DNA of 64,000 nt from Octopus vulgaris (Eukaryota): positions 57,164,001 through 57,228,000 of the forward strand of contig OX597827.1 in NCBI GenBank assembly GCA_951406725.2. The letters run 5' to 3'. Of this stretch, positions 24,964 to 39,177 are shown one piece after another. A program made the translations under genes and the position numbers. The notes beneath the pieces are model-generated. The model was given only the letters and a program-made list of their open reading frames with translations. It made no database searches and had not been told where the DNA came from. The first letter of the stretch is position 1; each line of letters begins with the position of its first letter.

Positions 24964-25196
24964 AGGCAGCGAGCTGGCAGAATCGTTAGCACGCCGGGCG
25001 AAATTTGTTGCCGTATTTCGTCTGCCGTTACGTTCTGAGTTCAAACTCCGCCGAGGTCGACTTTGTCTTTCATCCTTTCGGGGTCGATAAATTAAGTACC
25101 AGTTACGCACTGGGGTCGATATAATCGACTTAATCCCTTTGTCTGTCCTTGTTTGTCCCCTCTATGTTTAGCCCCTTGTGGGCAATAAAGAAATAA
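24964..25196 (+). mobile_element. SINE B inserted in a family H fragment (24880-24963)
   Basis: High identity to other B copies; left flank matches 43730-43808. Confidence 0.9.
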
Positions 25197-25334
25197 GAAT
25201 GCGTGGCATTAATTACTGCCAAAAGTAGTAGTACCCCATATTAAAATAAATTTGTTTGAAATTTTAAGATGTTTCCATTATTTTATCCAACCCCTGTATG
25301 TATATATATATATATATACTTGTTTCAGTAAGCA

Positions 25335-25495
25335 ACGGGCTCTTTCAGTTTCCGTCTGCCAAATCCACTCACAAGGCTTTGGTCGGTCCAAGGCTGTAGT
25401 AGAAGACACTTGACCAAGGTGCCAAGCAGTAGAACTGAACCCTAAACCATGAGGTTGGGAAGCAAACTTCTTACCACACAGCTACGCCTTCGCCT
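25335..25495 (-). mobile_element. SINE A head
   Basis: TTTCAGTTTCCGTCTGCCAAATCCACTCAC..TTACCACACAGCTACGCC. Confidence 0.85.
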
Positions 25496-25684
25496 GTATA
25501 TTATTGCTGTTATTGAATTGTAAGATCCAAGGGTCTAAGTTTAGGAAGTTTATAAGCTTGGAGCAGTCCGTGGTAAGTATAAAAAACAACTTTCCGAACA
25601 ACAATACTTTATTGGCATAGAAGGTTGTAGGCTTTTCCCATATCGAGGTTTGATAAGCTGGTAAAAGTCTTTTTATAGTTCATG

Positions 25685-25987
<303 letters not shown>

Positions 25988-26097
25988 CAGAGAGATAGAT
26001 GTGTGTGTGTACGAGTGAGTAGACAAATGAAAGAAGTGCACTCAACACATTTATTGGGGGTTACATTTCTGGCTCAAAACAGTTTGATTCAAATTCC

Positions 26098-26203
26098 TTG
26101 GTACTCTGAGTTTCAAGCGTGAAGCTAGTCTTCGGTCATAGGAATTTGATTTCAAATTTCTATGGCCGAAGACTAGCATCACGCTTGAAACCCAGAGTAC
26201 CAA
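26098..26203. repeat. 106-bp imperfect palindrome
   Basis: 53-bp arms with about 5 mismatches including the central pair; extra outer 9-bp IR TGGCTCAAA/TTTGAGCCA at 26070 and 26208. Confidence 0.9.
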
Positions 26204-26231
26204 CGAGTTTGAGCCATATATACATACATAC

Positions 26232-26304
<73 letters not shown>

Positions 26305-26359
26305 CAAACATACACACACACATATACACATGTAGGCGATGGGATTCCACACAAATAAC

Positions 26360-26478
26360 GTTTACCAAATTCAACCCCAAAGCATTGATCGGCTCGGTAC
26401 TATACAAGAGGCGCTTATCCAAGGTGCCTTGTAGTGGGACTGAACCTGAAACCGTATGGTTTCAAAAAGCGTGCTTCA
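26360..26478 (-). mobile_element. SINE A head, degenerate
   Basis: CCAAGGTGCC..AGTGGGACTGAACCTGAAACC. Confidence 0.65.
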
Positions 26479-26989
26479 TATATACGTGTATGTGTGTGTG
26501 AGAGAGAGAGAGAGAGAGGGAGGGAGAGGGAGAAAGAGAGACTAGAGAGCGTATGTTTTGTATTTCCTTTTTCTGTAGCTTTTTTTTTATTTTAACGCTG
26601 TTTATCTGAAAAGGTTCATAAATAAAATGATGTCATAAATACATATTGTTCATTTATTCCTTTTTCTTTTTTCCTTTTGTTAAATAATAATTAAGAAAAT
26701 ACAAAACTAACACTACATGTCATTATGACAACAGATTTGTCGGATATATTTCAAATTACATTTTTTTCTTATTATTTTGCTATTTCTAATTTCGTTATAG
26801 ATATTTCCTAAGATCTACGCAAAATACTTGTTAAAATTTATGTAAACTATAGGATGGGAACACGAGTTGAAGGCAAGTGATAAAAAACTTGCTATGGCAG
26901 AAATACAGTGACGAAGAAATAAAGTTGGTTGACACGAAAAGAAAATTGTGGAGTGAGAGAGGACAAAAATGATAGGGTGAATAGGTAGA

Positions 26990-27818
<829 letters not shown>

Positions 27819-27819
27819 T

Positions 27820-28051
27820 AGGCGGCGAGCTGGCAGAAACGTTAGCACGCCGGGCGAAATGCTTAGCGGTATTTCGTCTGTCGTTACGTTGTGAGTTCAA
27901 ATTCCGTCGAGGTCGACTTTGCCTTTCATCCTTTCGGGGTCGATAAATTAAGTACCAGTTACGCACTGGGGTCGATGTAATCGACTTAATACCTATGTCT
28001 GTCCTTGTTTGTCCCCTCTGTGTTTAGCCCCTTGTGGGTAATAACGAAATA
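27820..28051 (+). mobile_element. SINE B
   Basis: Near-consensus copy inserted in (GGTA)n. Confidence 0.9.
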
Positions 28052-28436
28052 AGTAGGTAGGTACAGTATGTTCCAACGTTCAAAATGTTCTCTTCGTAAT
28101 CATGATGTTCCGATCTCGATTCCACTGTCTACCCAACTTGGCCGAGGGTTTATTTTCAGTAGCTTCTGTTAGACCTATGCTTTATGAATGAACACAAGCA
28201 AATGAAAACTTTACTGGAGCTCTTCCGATATGTTGTACCCGTAATTCGAAGGCCCGGCCTTGTCGCACCCAGCGTCACACTGGTTCCGAGTGAGGATCTT
28301 CCACTATCATAATACTCTTGTGTTTTTCTCCGTCACAGCATACGAATGAGAAAGGAGGGAGTGAAGGATAAATAAGGAAGGAAGGGGTGATGGCAAACTG
28401 GTAGTGGAAGCGTTTCAACACTGTGAGTGTATGTGT

Positions 28437-28648
28437 GCGAGCTGGCAGAAACGTTAGCACGCCGGGCGAAATGCGTAGCCGTATTTCGTCTGACGTTACG
28501 TTCTGAGTTCAAATTCCGCCGAGGTCGACTTTGCCTTTCATCCTTTCGGGGTCGATAAATAAAGTACCAGTTACGCACTGGGGTCGATGTAATCGACTTA
28601 ATCCGTTTGTCTGTCTTTGTTTGTCCCCTCTGTGTTTAGTAAAGAAAT
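28437..28648 (+). mobile_element. SINE B
   Basis: Near-consensus copy with a short deletion in the tail. Confidence 0.9.
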
Positions 28649-28884
28649 ATATATGTGTGTGAATGTAAAAGGGAGTTTGTGAATGTTTGTGTGTGTGTGT
28701 GTGTGTGTAAGGGAAGTGCTAAATTCAAACAGCGTTTCAACTTTGTGTGAGTATATGTGTGTATGTTTGTATGTGTACGTGAACAAGGGAAATATGTGAA
28801 TGTATGTGTGAACCAGCGTTCTTTCAGTAACAAATGATGATCGATGTCACATCTCGAAAGACAACCACAGGATAATATTGAAAA

Positions 28885-29444
<560 letters not shown>

Positions 29445-29508
29445 GATAATATTGAAAAGTGTATTAATTTGATTTGCTATCCAGATTTATATATAAAATA
29501 CTACAATT

Positions 29509-29542
29509 AGCCGTCATTTTTGACGGCACGGGGCCAGCTAGT
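29509..29542 (+). mobile_element. Helitron-like 3' terminus
   Basis: Hairpin GCCGTCA-TTTT-TGACGGC, then CTAG|T about 11 nt downstream. Confidence 0.45.
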
Positions 29543-29646
29543 TACATTAAGAGTACTCGTGATTGTGACATACGCGTTCATTCAATTGATATGATAGCTT
29601 AGTTGTTTTAGTTGACTGTGCACATGAACACACACACACACGCACG

Positions 29647-29746
<100 letters not shown>

Positions 29747-29749
29747 TAT

Positions 29750-29970
29750 ATTGATGGAGTGGCGAACTTCAAATTCAGACTACATATGTTTTCTAGCTAG
29801 AAGTTCCTCTGGTGTAATAATTACTTAACGTGTGGTACTCAACTAGCTACACGTCGGTCTGAAGATGCCTTAATTATATGGATGTTACACTATCGTTAAG
29901 GAATCCTAAGTTAACTTGCTGAAACTCCTGGACGTTGTTTTTCATACATTTCACGGACTGCTTGAAGTTA
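29750..29970 (+). mobile_element. Family P2 element with HHR-like motif
   Basis: CTGAAGA at 29859 and GAAACTC at 29921, enclosed by ACGTC/GACGT. Confidence 0.55.
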
Positions 29971-30018
29971 CAAACTTCCTACACTTAGATCCTTGGATCT
30001 TATAATTACACAGACACG

Positions 30019-30062
<44 letters not shown>

Positions 30063-30108
30063 CACACACACACACACACATACACACACACATACACACA
30101 CACACACG

Positions 30109-30146
<38 letters not shown>

Positions 30147-30224
30147 TATATATATAGTGGTGATAATCATATAAAAAAATAGCCGCAGAATACCAGAACT
30201 TAGAAAAATGATAAATATAATATA

Positions 30225-30528
30225 GGCGCAGGAGTGGGTGTGTGGTAAGTAGTTTGCTTACCAACCACACAGTTCCGGGTTCATTCCCACTGCGTGGCAC
30301 CTTATATATAAGTATGTGTGTGTATATATTTGTGTGTCTGTGTTTGTCACACCCAACATCACATGACAATCAATAGTGGTGTGTTTACGTCCCGTAACTT
30401 AACGGTTCGGCAAAACAGACCGATAGAATAAGTACTAGGCCTACAAAGAATAAGTCCTGGGGTCGATTTGCTCGACTAAAGGCGGTGCTCCAGCATGGTC
30501 GCAGTCAAATGATTAAAACAAGTAAAAA
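30225..30528 (+). mobile_element. SINE A with internal deletion
   Basis: Head joined directly to the microsatellite at ~30303; intact tail. Confidence 0.85.
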
Positions 30529-30699
30529 AATAAATAAAAATAATAGGGACCAAAACGGAAAGAAAAAACCCATAATACTAATAGCGATAGATATAAAGCA
30601 GAACCCACGAAACCACAACCAAAATTAGAAAGAATCACACCGTTAAACGCCGATAGTAATAATGATAACAAAGCAGGAGAATGCACTAATAAACCCCAT

Positions 30700-30872
30700 T
30701 GATATATTAAAAGAAATGGAAAAATAACCGATGAAATTATTTGGTTTAACCCGATCTTCAATTCAGAAGTGAAATCCAAAATAGGCCAGGAATTCTTCGC
30801 AGCATTAGATAGACACTTCCTAAGATCTTCCAGATATTACAAAATCATCAATAGATTTAATGTACAATTAGC

Positions 30873-30876
<4 letters not shown>
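30700..30876 (+). pseudogene. Penelope-like element ORF fragment (RT-EN linker)
   Basis: KRNGKITDEIIWFNPIFNSEVKSKIGQEFFAALDRHFLRSSRYYKIINRFNVQLAY matches the PLE motif IIWFNPP...V.T.IG..F..L.D.HF......KIFNR..V..SY. Confidence 0.8.
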
Positions 30877-30900
<24 letters not shown>

Positions 30901-30903
<3 letters not shown>

Positions 30904-31088
30904 AGATCGTTAGCTCCTACACGCATTTTTTCTCTCCTTGTTTTTTTCTGTGTATCTTTCTGTCGAAGAGCGTAGGCTCGAACCGTAAAAGACTTGTTCT
31001 ATTTCTATTCCTGAGTGCCATACTAATACATTTGTTTGTTTGTACTCCACCTGCCTTCGTCTTTTGTTTATTTTCGTAAACCTTCCCG

Positions 31089-31090
<2 letters not shown>
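30901..31090 (+). mobile_element. (TA)n-flanked mini-element, family P3, with degenerate hammerhead
   Basis: TCTTT-CTGTCGA-A-GAGC-GTAG-GCTC-GAAC-CGTA-AAAGA at 30955-30992; 3' part matches 55330-55410. Confidence 0.65.
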
Positions 31091-31133
<43 letters not shown>

Positions 31134-31134
31134 C

Positions 31135-31293
31135 AACATGCTTCTTTCAGTTTCAGTCTACCAAATCCACTCACAAGGCTTTGGTCGGCCCGAGTCTATA
31201 ACAGAAGACACTTGTTCCAGGTGTCACACTGTGGGACTGAATCAATAATCATATGGTTGGGAAGCAAGCTTCTTACCACACAGACACTCCCGC
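31135..31293 (-). mobile_element. SINE A head
   Basis: Identity to family. Confidence 0.8.
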
Positions 31294-31769
31294 AAATGTT
31301 GAATATAATTCATTTATTCCGACAAAAATTTTAGATACAATCTATGTATATATTTCACAGCCAGCCTGCCTGTAAGAAACATACGAATGTAAATGCATTC
31401 CTTATACATATTTGATGTGTGGAAACAAGAGGACCTAGCACACCTTCTCGCAGGTTGTTGATGGCTCTTCCAACTAGAGGTGCTCGACCTTCTTTCTCAA
31501 TCAATAGTAAAAACATATCTAGCTTTATATGAAGTAGTCATAAATTAGGCTAGAACTGTAGTGGGAGCTTAATTTGCATATCTGTGTTTCCGAAGGCTCT
31601 TCATTAATTCATATATGATTATATGGGATAGGGTTTTACAGAATATGATTGATACAAGAGCAGATGATAAAAGATATGTGGAAAGGAGAACAGGAAAACA
31701 ATAGAAAATATTCAAATGGAAATGGAAGAATATATTGGATTCTAAGATATTCATAGATACAGGAAAGGC

Positions 31770-31827
<58 letters not shown>

Positions 31828-32379
31828 GAAAGACAGAGAGGGAACTACAGAGATATTGAGAACAAAAGAGATGTCGGGAAAGTGTATGTGTGTGTGAGAG
31901 AGAAAGAGAGAGAGAGAGGAATGAAATAGTGATAGAGTTAGAGTTAGAAAGAGAGAGAGAGAGGGAGGGGGAGAAAAGGCTGGAAGGAGAGAAGGGAGTA
32001 ATTTGTTTGGTATCAAAACTGTAAACTGAATGCAAATATGAAGCAAAGATAGAGCACTATAATGATGATGATAATGATGATGATGGAAGTGGTGGCAGCG
32101 GCGGTAACAGTGGTGGTGGTGGTGGTGAATGACTGGGTACGATCCGCCAATGTTAAACCTTTTAAATATACCACGCCTCTATCGACTCCAACTAGTCGGT
32201 TATACCGAGCACTTTAAAGACACAGCGAAAGAATAACCACGTGACTCAGCGAAGGAACCTGTACATAATGTCTCGATCTGCTAGAAATTTAACCAAACAA
32301 AACGGTGCTCTTCGAATGAAATCCACCGTGTCCCATACGTTTCTTTATCACTCTTGCTGCCAGAAAAAAAAAGACAGTC

Positions 32380-32855
32380 GCGTGCTTCCCAATCACATGG
32401 TTCTGGGTTCAGCCCCAATGCGTAGCACCTTGGGCAAGTGTGTTCTACTATAGCTCCGGATGGACCAAAGCCTTGGGTGGATTCAGTAGACGGAAACTGA
32501 AAGAAGCCTGTCCTGTACATACATATATATATACATTTATATGTGTGTGTGTGTGTGTGTACATACACACATACGTACGTGTGTGCATGTGTGTGTTTGA
32601 GTGCTTTTGTCTTTGTCCTTCCCCAATCGCTTAACAACCGGTATTGGTTTGTTTACGACCCCATAACACTAGCGGTTCGGCATAAGAGATGATAGAATAA
32701 TTATCAGACTTAAAAACAAAACAAAAAAAGAAAAGCAAACGAAACAAAACATAAGGAAAAGTGCCGATTCGTTCGACTAAAAACCCTTCAAGGCGGTGCT
32801 CCAGCATGGCTGCAATCAAATGACGGCTGAAAGAAGCAAAAGATGGAAGATAAAG
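32380..32855 (+). mobile_element. SINE A, older variant
   Basis: Head, microsatellite and tail all present. Confidence 0.8.
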
Positions 32856-33415
32856 AGCGATGAGCTAATGAACGGTCCTCTAAAAGCCTAAACCAAATAT
32901 GAAGCCATTGTCCACAAACTGCGATATACTATGAGATTTTCTGTCGGACAATTAATTACGTAGTCTCGGGGCGAATGCGTTAAACCGCGTTACCTTCGCG
33001 TCTTTTCATATTTCTCAATCAAACCTATCTTCTATCAGGTTTTGATAACATTTTCAGGTATTCTGTAACCATGATGCATTTCTTTTTAATATTGTATGCT
33101 TTATTATATTTGATTAATATCTAGTTGGCATTTTCGATTTGTTCCTATTTTATTATTGGTAATAATATTTACCGTAAAAATTCAAATAGCAAACGAAGAA
33201 AGGATATTTACTGAAGAAATTTATGAGACTGGTGGGAAATTAACACCGCCTACAGCGTGTTTTGTCTAATTTCAACTATATTTCTATAAGATAATTCGGT
33301 TTTGCTTGATATCTGAAGTTGAGATATTTACAGTAGTCATAACTCGTAACAGACGATACAATATGACACAACGCTAGTTCATGCTGGTGCAGCATTGTGC
33401 TATCTTGGCAACATG

Positions 33416-34064
<649 letters not shown>

Positions 34065-34549
34065 AGAAACTTAGAGGTTAGTAGAGTTTATAGGAGGGTG
34101 AAGGAATAATTGACTCTAGTAACCCACTTATCTTTACTTTTAACAAGAGAGGAGAGCGGCGCTCACGAAATGTTTTTCCCAAGAGTGTTCCGAATCCCAG
34201 TAATGAACTTATTTACATATAGCCAATCAGAACTCATCCTGACCTCGTCAAGTTAACAAAAAGTAACCGATAAAATGAGTGCTGGGAATGAATTGATCGC
34301 CTAAACTCTACATGGCATCTTTGTCCGGATGGTCAGCTTGTAATTGAAGAACACACGTTGGCTGAGTCTGCCGAAGGAAGAGTGGGCCGCCCCACGTCCT
34401 TTTCACATGTGAGGGTTTTTGAAAGGTATGTGAAGTGTTCAACTTCTTCTAGGGGTCTCAGCATGACCGTTGTATAATGAATGAAACAAGTAAAAGCATA
34501 AAAGAATATTTCTGATACAACGAGAAGACCTCGACGTATTTGCAAACCT

Positions 34550-34777
34550 ATTTCTTTATTACCCACAAGGGGCTAAACACAGAGGGGACAAACAAGGACA
34601 GACATAGGTATTAAGTCGATTACATCGACCCCAGTGCGTAACTGGTACTTAATTTATCGACCCCGAAAGGATGAAAGGCAAAGTCGACCTCGGCGGAATT
34701 TGAACTCACAACGTAACGACAGACGAAATACCGCTAAGCATTTCGCCCGGCGTGCTAACGTTTCTGCCAACTCGCCG
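34550..34777 (-). mobile_element. SINE B
   Basis: TSD CGTATTTGCAAACCT at 34535-34549 and 34776-34790. Confidence 0.92.
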
Positions 34778-35316
34778 TATTTGCAAACCTGTTAGCTGTG
34801 TATTTGTTTAGTGAAGTTTGATATACATATCTATGGTAGATCTCAAGCCGTAATTGAAGCATCTGGTCGCTTCAATTTCTGTATCGGACATTTGCTTTTT
34901 ATCTCATAATGAGAAAGAGAGAGATTGTGTTGTTGTTACTTTGGTTGAAGGCAAGTATATGATGAAGAAGTGATGTGAGATGGTAAGAAGTGAAAAGAAG
35001 GGTTGAAGAAAATAGTAGTTCAAGAGTGTGAGCGAGGTGAACGAAGTGGTGACGGAGAAGCTGAATATGCTAAGCAAAAGATAAAAGGGAGTGGGGTGAG
35101 AAGAAACGAAAATAAGGGGAGTGGGAGACAAAGGACAACCAAAACCACGCACAGAATTCTTAATTTATAGAGGGGTAAAGTAAAACTGTGTAGGAAATCC
35201 ATAAAGATGTGATGTGAGTGAGGTATGAGGTGAACGTAGTGGGAGAAGGCTAATAATTAGAGACGGCCTGTGAAGGAGTCGGAGCATCAAAAAAGGCAAT
35301 GCGACACCAAGAGCTA

Positions 35317-35616
35317 GTTTGTTCCTTCTCGAGCCACGCCTGGCTCATAGGGCCGGTTTCCCGGTTTCTTGGCGTATAGGTTCCCCACCTGGACGGGACG
35401 CCGGTCCGTCGCAGGTGAGCTACAAGATGCAGGAGGAAAGAGTGAGAGAAAGTTGTGGCGAAAGAGTCAGCAGAAGTTCGCCATTACCTTCTGCCGGAGC
35501 CGCGTGGAGCTTAGGTGTTTTGCTCATAAATACACACATCGCCCGGTCTGAGATTCGAACCCACGATCCCTCGACCGCGAGTCCGCTGTTCTATCCACTA
35601 GGTCATGTGCCTCCAC
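35317..35616 (-). mobile_element. SINE C
   Basis: TSD CCAAGAGCTA at 35307-35316 and 35618-35627. Confidence 0.9.
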
Positions 35617-36641
35617 TCCAAGAGCTATTGGTGTGAAGTCACCCAAGATCGTGATTCACTTCATTCCATTTGCTACCAACTTTTACAAGTTCCAGACATG
35701 TGCTAATACCGAGCGGGTCCTTCGGTGAATCGAGTGGAATGCCTTTTGTCACAGAAAGAAACGTAAAATTGGCAGAGCCTTTGGTAAATTGATAGATCTC
35801 ACAACAGGGCAAACCGGATTAGACTCCTAACTGGGGAATTATTCATAAAAATTGCCGCCTAGGCTTGGATCGTTTCTATTTCCGTATATCCAAAACCATA
35901 GCCCTTACGTATATCATACAGAAAATAGATTTGCTTGGGATGACACAAATGCTATGTGGAGTACTTCTAGTATAAAAGAAAATAGAAAACTAAAATAGGA
36001 CACTGCACGCACCCAACCACATAGAACTGCGCTCCTTGTAGTAAAAGCGTACAATAAAAATAAGACTTGGAAAATATGATAAATGATGGTGATGCTGACG
36101 ATGTTCTTTTCATTACAATAATAATGATTAGCTTCACAGCTCCAACCAAAATATCCATTAAGAGTGATGAGGTAAATAAGGCAGGAAAACAGAAAAAAAA
36201 AAACAACAACAAAAACTGACGAAAATGTTAATGCGTGTTTCTGTAAAAGAAATGCATTAGCCTAGTGTTAGAATTATGTTACTCTTTCTCCTTTTTTCTA
36301 TGTTGCTAACGTTCACACCAATCGCTGACTGGCCATCAAATGTAAACATTATAAACGGTCACTAATCGAATTAACACTAAATAAATTTAGCTCAAAATAA
36401 AACTAGACAAACAACACAAACAGAAACGGTGCTGTTCGAAACACTTTTAAAATGGAAATGTTATAATTTGAATTTGATGGACAAAAATAAGAAAAATAAA
36501 ATAAAAAGCGCAAAATTCTGCATCACCAGAAATTAATAAACCAGATCCAATATAAACGATAAGGTCAGAATTTATTAAGGCCTGCAAATAAAATGAAAAA
36601 CGGTCTGGAGATGAATATCTATGTATATTTCTTATATTCAT

Positions 36642-36960
36642 TAATTTTTTATTTATGCGCCCTTTTCAAGCCTAGCCAGGCTCATGGGCCCGATTTCCCG
36701 GTTTCTGTGGCGTATGTGTTCTCCCCAGCCGGACGGGACACCAGTCCATCGCAGCGTTACTCAAGAAACAAGAAGAGAGAGTGAGAGAAAGTTGAGGCGA
36801 AGGAGTACAACAGGGGGTCGCCACCACCCCCTGCCGGAGCCTCGTGGAGCTTTAAGTGTTTTCGCTCAATAAACACACACAACGCTCGGTCTGGGAATCG
36901 AAACCGCAATCCTCCGACTGCGAGTCCACTGCCCTAACCACTGGGCCATTGCGCGTCCAC
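36642..36960 (-). mobile_element. SINE C subfamily variant
   Basis: Minus strand TGGCCCAGTGGTTAGG A box and GTTTCGATTCC B box. TSD TCTTATATTCAT at 36630-36641 and 36961-36972. Confidence 0.88.
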
Positions 36961-37046
36961 TCTTATATTCATAGGCAAAAATAAAATAAAAGAGCAAAAC
37001 ATATTTTTGTGAATTTGGGATGTTAATGTATAGTATAACTTCTATC

Positions 37047-37250
37047 TTTTATTTCCTTCAACTATTGGACTGCGACCATGCTGGGGCAACACCTCGAAGA
37101 GTTGTAGTCGAATGATACTACCCTTAGTAGTTACTATTTTCAGTCTGGTGCTTATTCTATCGGTTCTCTTCTGCAAAACCGCTAAGTTACGGGAACATAA
37201 GCAAGACAACATCGGTTGTCAAGCAGTGGGAGGGGACAATAATGCACACA
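37047..37250 (-). mobile_element. SINE A tail
   Basis: GACTGCGACCATGCTGGGGC..CTAAGTTACGGG. Confidence 0.75.
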
Positions 37251-37494
37251 TACACACACAGAATAATACATACTACATACTACATACATATATACATACT
37301 ACATACGTATATACATACATACATACATATCTATATATATATGCAAAAGTCCAAATTCAGTAGGATATTAAGATACCACTTGCTATAAAGAGAAATATCG
37401 CTCTAAAACCACAAATTACTCGTTATCAAAATACCCTATTCAATTTTGAATTTTCTTTATATTTTACCTATAAAGATATAAACTTGCTAGCAAC

Positions 37495-37540
<46 letters not shown>

Positions 37541-37752
37541 GAAGTGATACATATTGAATTAAAAACTATATATATGTGTATATATACATATATTTATATA
37601 TGTGCATATACCTATATATATATCTATGTATATATAAGCATATATGTATATACATACAATATACATACATACTTACATATACATATACGTCCGTACACGT
37701 ATGCACACACACACACACATGTGTGTTAATGTATATGTATGTATGTATGCAA

Positions 37753-38445
37753 AGGTTCTGATGGAGTGGTCATCTGGTCAGAATGAAGGATTCGAGGATG
37801 CCAAAACAACTTTTATGGAGAGTTAGCCAAAGGAGAACGACCTCCACATAAACCAAAAAAGAGGTATAAGGACTTGCTGAAGGCTTCCTTAAGAGATGCT
37901 TGCATCTCTCTTGACACATGGGAAGGCATAGCTATTGATCGTAGCAGGTGGAGAAGGATTGTGCATGAGGGGACAGCCACGTTTGAGAAATCTCGAGTTG
38001 CACATGAGAAAGTAAGGAGGGATGTCAGGAAGGGCATCGCTGTTACACTTCCAAAAGGGAAGGGTCTTCTTTTGATTCTGACATGCAATGTCTGTGCAAG
38101 ACCCTGCCTCAGTAAAGCTGGTCTCATGAGTCATCTTCGTAGTCATAAAACGAGACAGATGAGTGACAACCTGGCCACTGGTGGTGGTGTAACACACCAT
38201 ACTAATCATATCTGTCGGGCATGTGGAAGAGAATGTAATTCGGCAGGAGGACTTAAACGACATGCAAAGGTACATGAATCCCAGTTACAACTACAGCCGG
38301 CTATTACCAGTAAAGGTTTTAGTTGCCAATTTTGTACAAGACATTGTAGATATTTGGCTGGGCTAAAAAGTCACATTCGATCACAGCACCAGTAACAGTT
38401 AAGTTTCGTGCAATGGCCATACTCGATAACGAGGGGGCAGCCATA
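37753..38445 (+). pseudogene. RTE-clade LINE 3' end with three C2H2 zinc fingers
   Basis: WSGHLVRMKDSRMPKQL / YGELAKGERP..KKRYKDLLK..WE..A.DR..WR (RTE C-terminus). Then CNVC..HLRSH, CRAC..HAKVH and CQFC..HIRSQH; stop at 38395; possible TSD ATGCAA. Confidence 0.9.
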
Positions 38446-38516
38446 ATGCAACATGGTATAATTATAAACTAGGCAAATTTTAGCCATTTCTCCGCAGACT
38501 GAAAAAATGATGAACA

Positions 38517-38559
38517 ACCTGAATCGATTTTCGAACATTATTGGATTCTCATCAGAGGC
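38517..38559 (-). ncRNA. Minimal type-I hammerhead ribozyme, canonical core
   Basis: Minus strand GCCT-CTGATGA-GAAT-CCAATAAT-GTTC-GAAA-ATCGAT-TC-AGGT: helix I GCCU/AGGU, helix II GAAU/GUUC, self-complementary helix III AAUCGAUU, cleavage triplet UUC. Confidence 0.75.
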
Positions 38560-38850
38560 ATCCACATCATTCTGACAGTCTCCAGAGAAACAAACAGCCA
38601 AATTTTATATACTCAACAAATGCACCAGTTATTCCATGAAGGAACTCCCTAACTTACATACCGAAAATGTTTAACACTATAAATACCAGCGACCTGTCAA
38701 CGGGGATCTTAGTTCACACAGTATCAAAGTATGATATTATATATATGTAACATATGGTATAATTATAAACATATATACATATATATACATATATATATAT
38801 ACATATATGTATATACACATATATAATATATATATACATTATATACATAT

Positions 38851-39000
38851 ACTGAAGAAGGGTTTTTTTTCTTTGTGTTAATTGTCCTGTACTCTATTTT
38901 TTTGCTGTTTTTAAAAAAATGTCCAGTTCCTTTGGTTTGTGGCTATGTTTTCGTTTCTCATTGTGTTCGACGTCCCCTTGGTGTCCTGTACTCATATATG
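38851..39000 (+). mobile_element. Family P1 element, 3' part
   Basis: ACTGAAGAAGGG..GTCCTGTACTCATATATG. Confidence 0.6.
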
Positions 39001-39087
39001 CGTGTATATGTACATGTAGAGGTAGGTACGTACATATATGTTTATATATATGCATATGTTTTATTTTATTTATTAATATATATATAC

Positions 39088-39177
<90 letters not shown>

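Noticed and set aside
35630-35900. Minus-strand KAFHSIHR resembling the RT motif KAFDSIHR
   Set aside because: A single short motif with no reliable collinear support by eye; may be a very old LINE relic, but needs an alignment.
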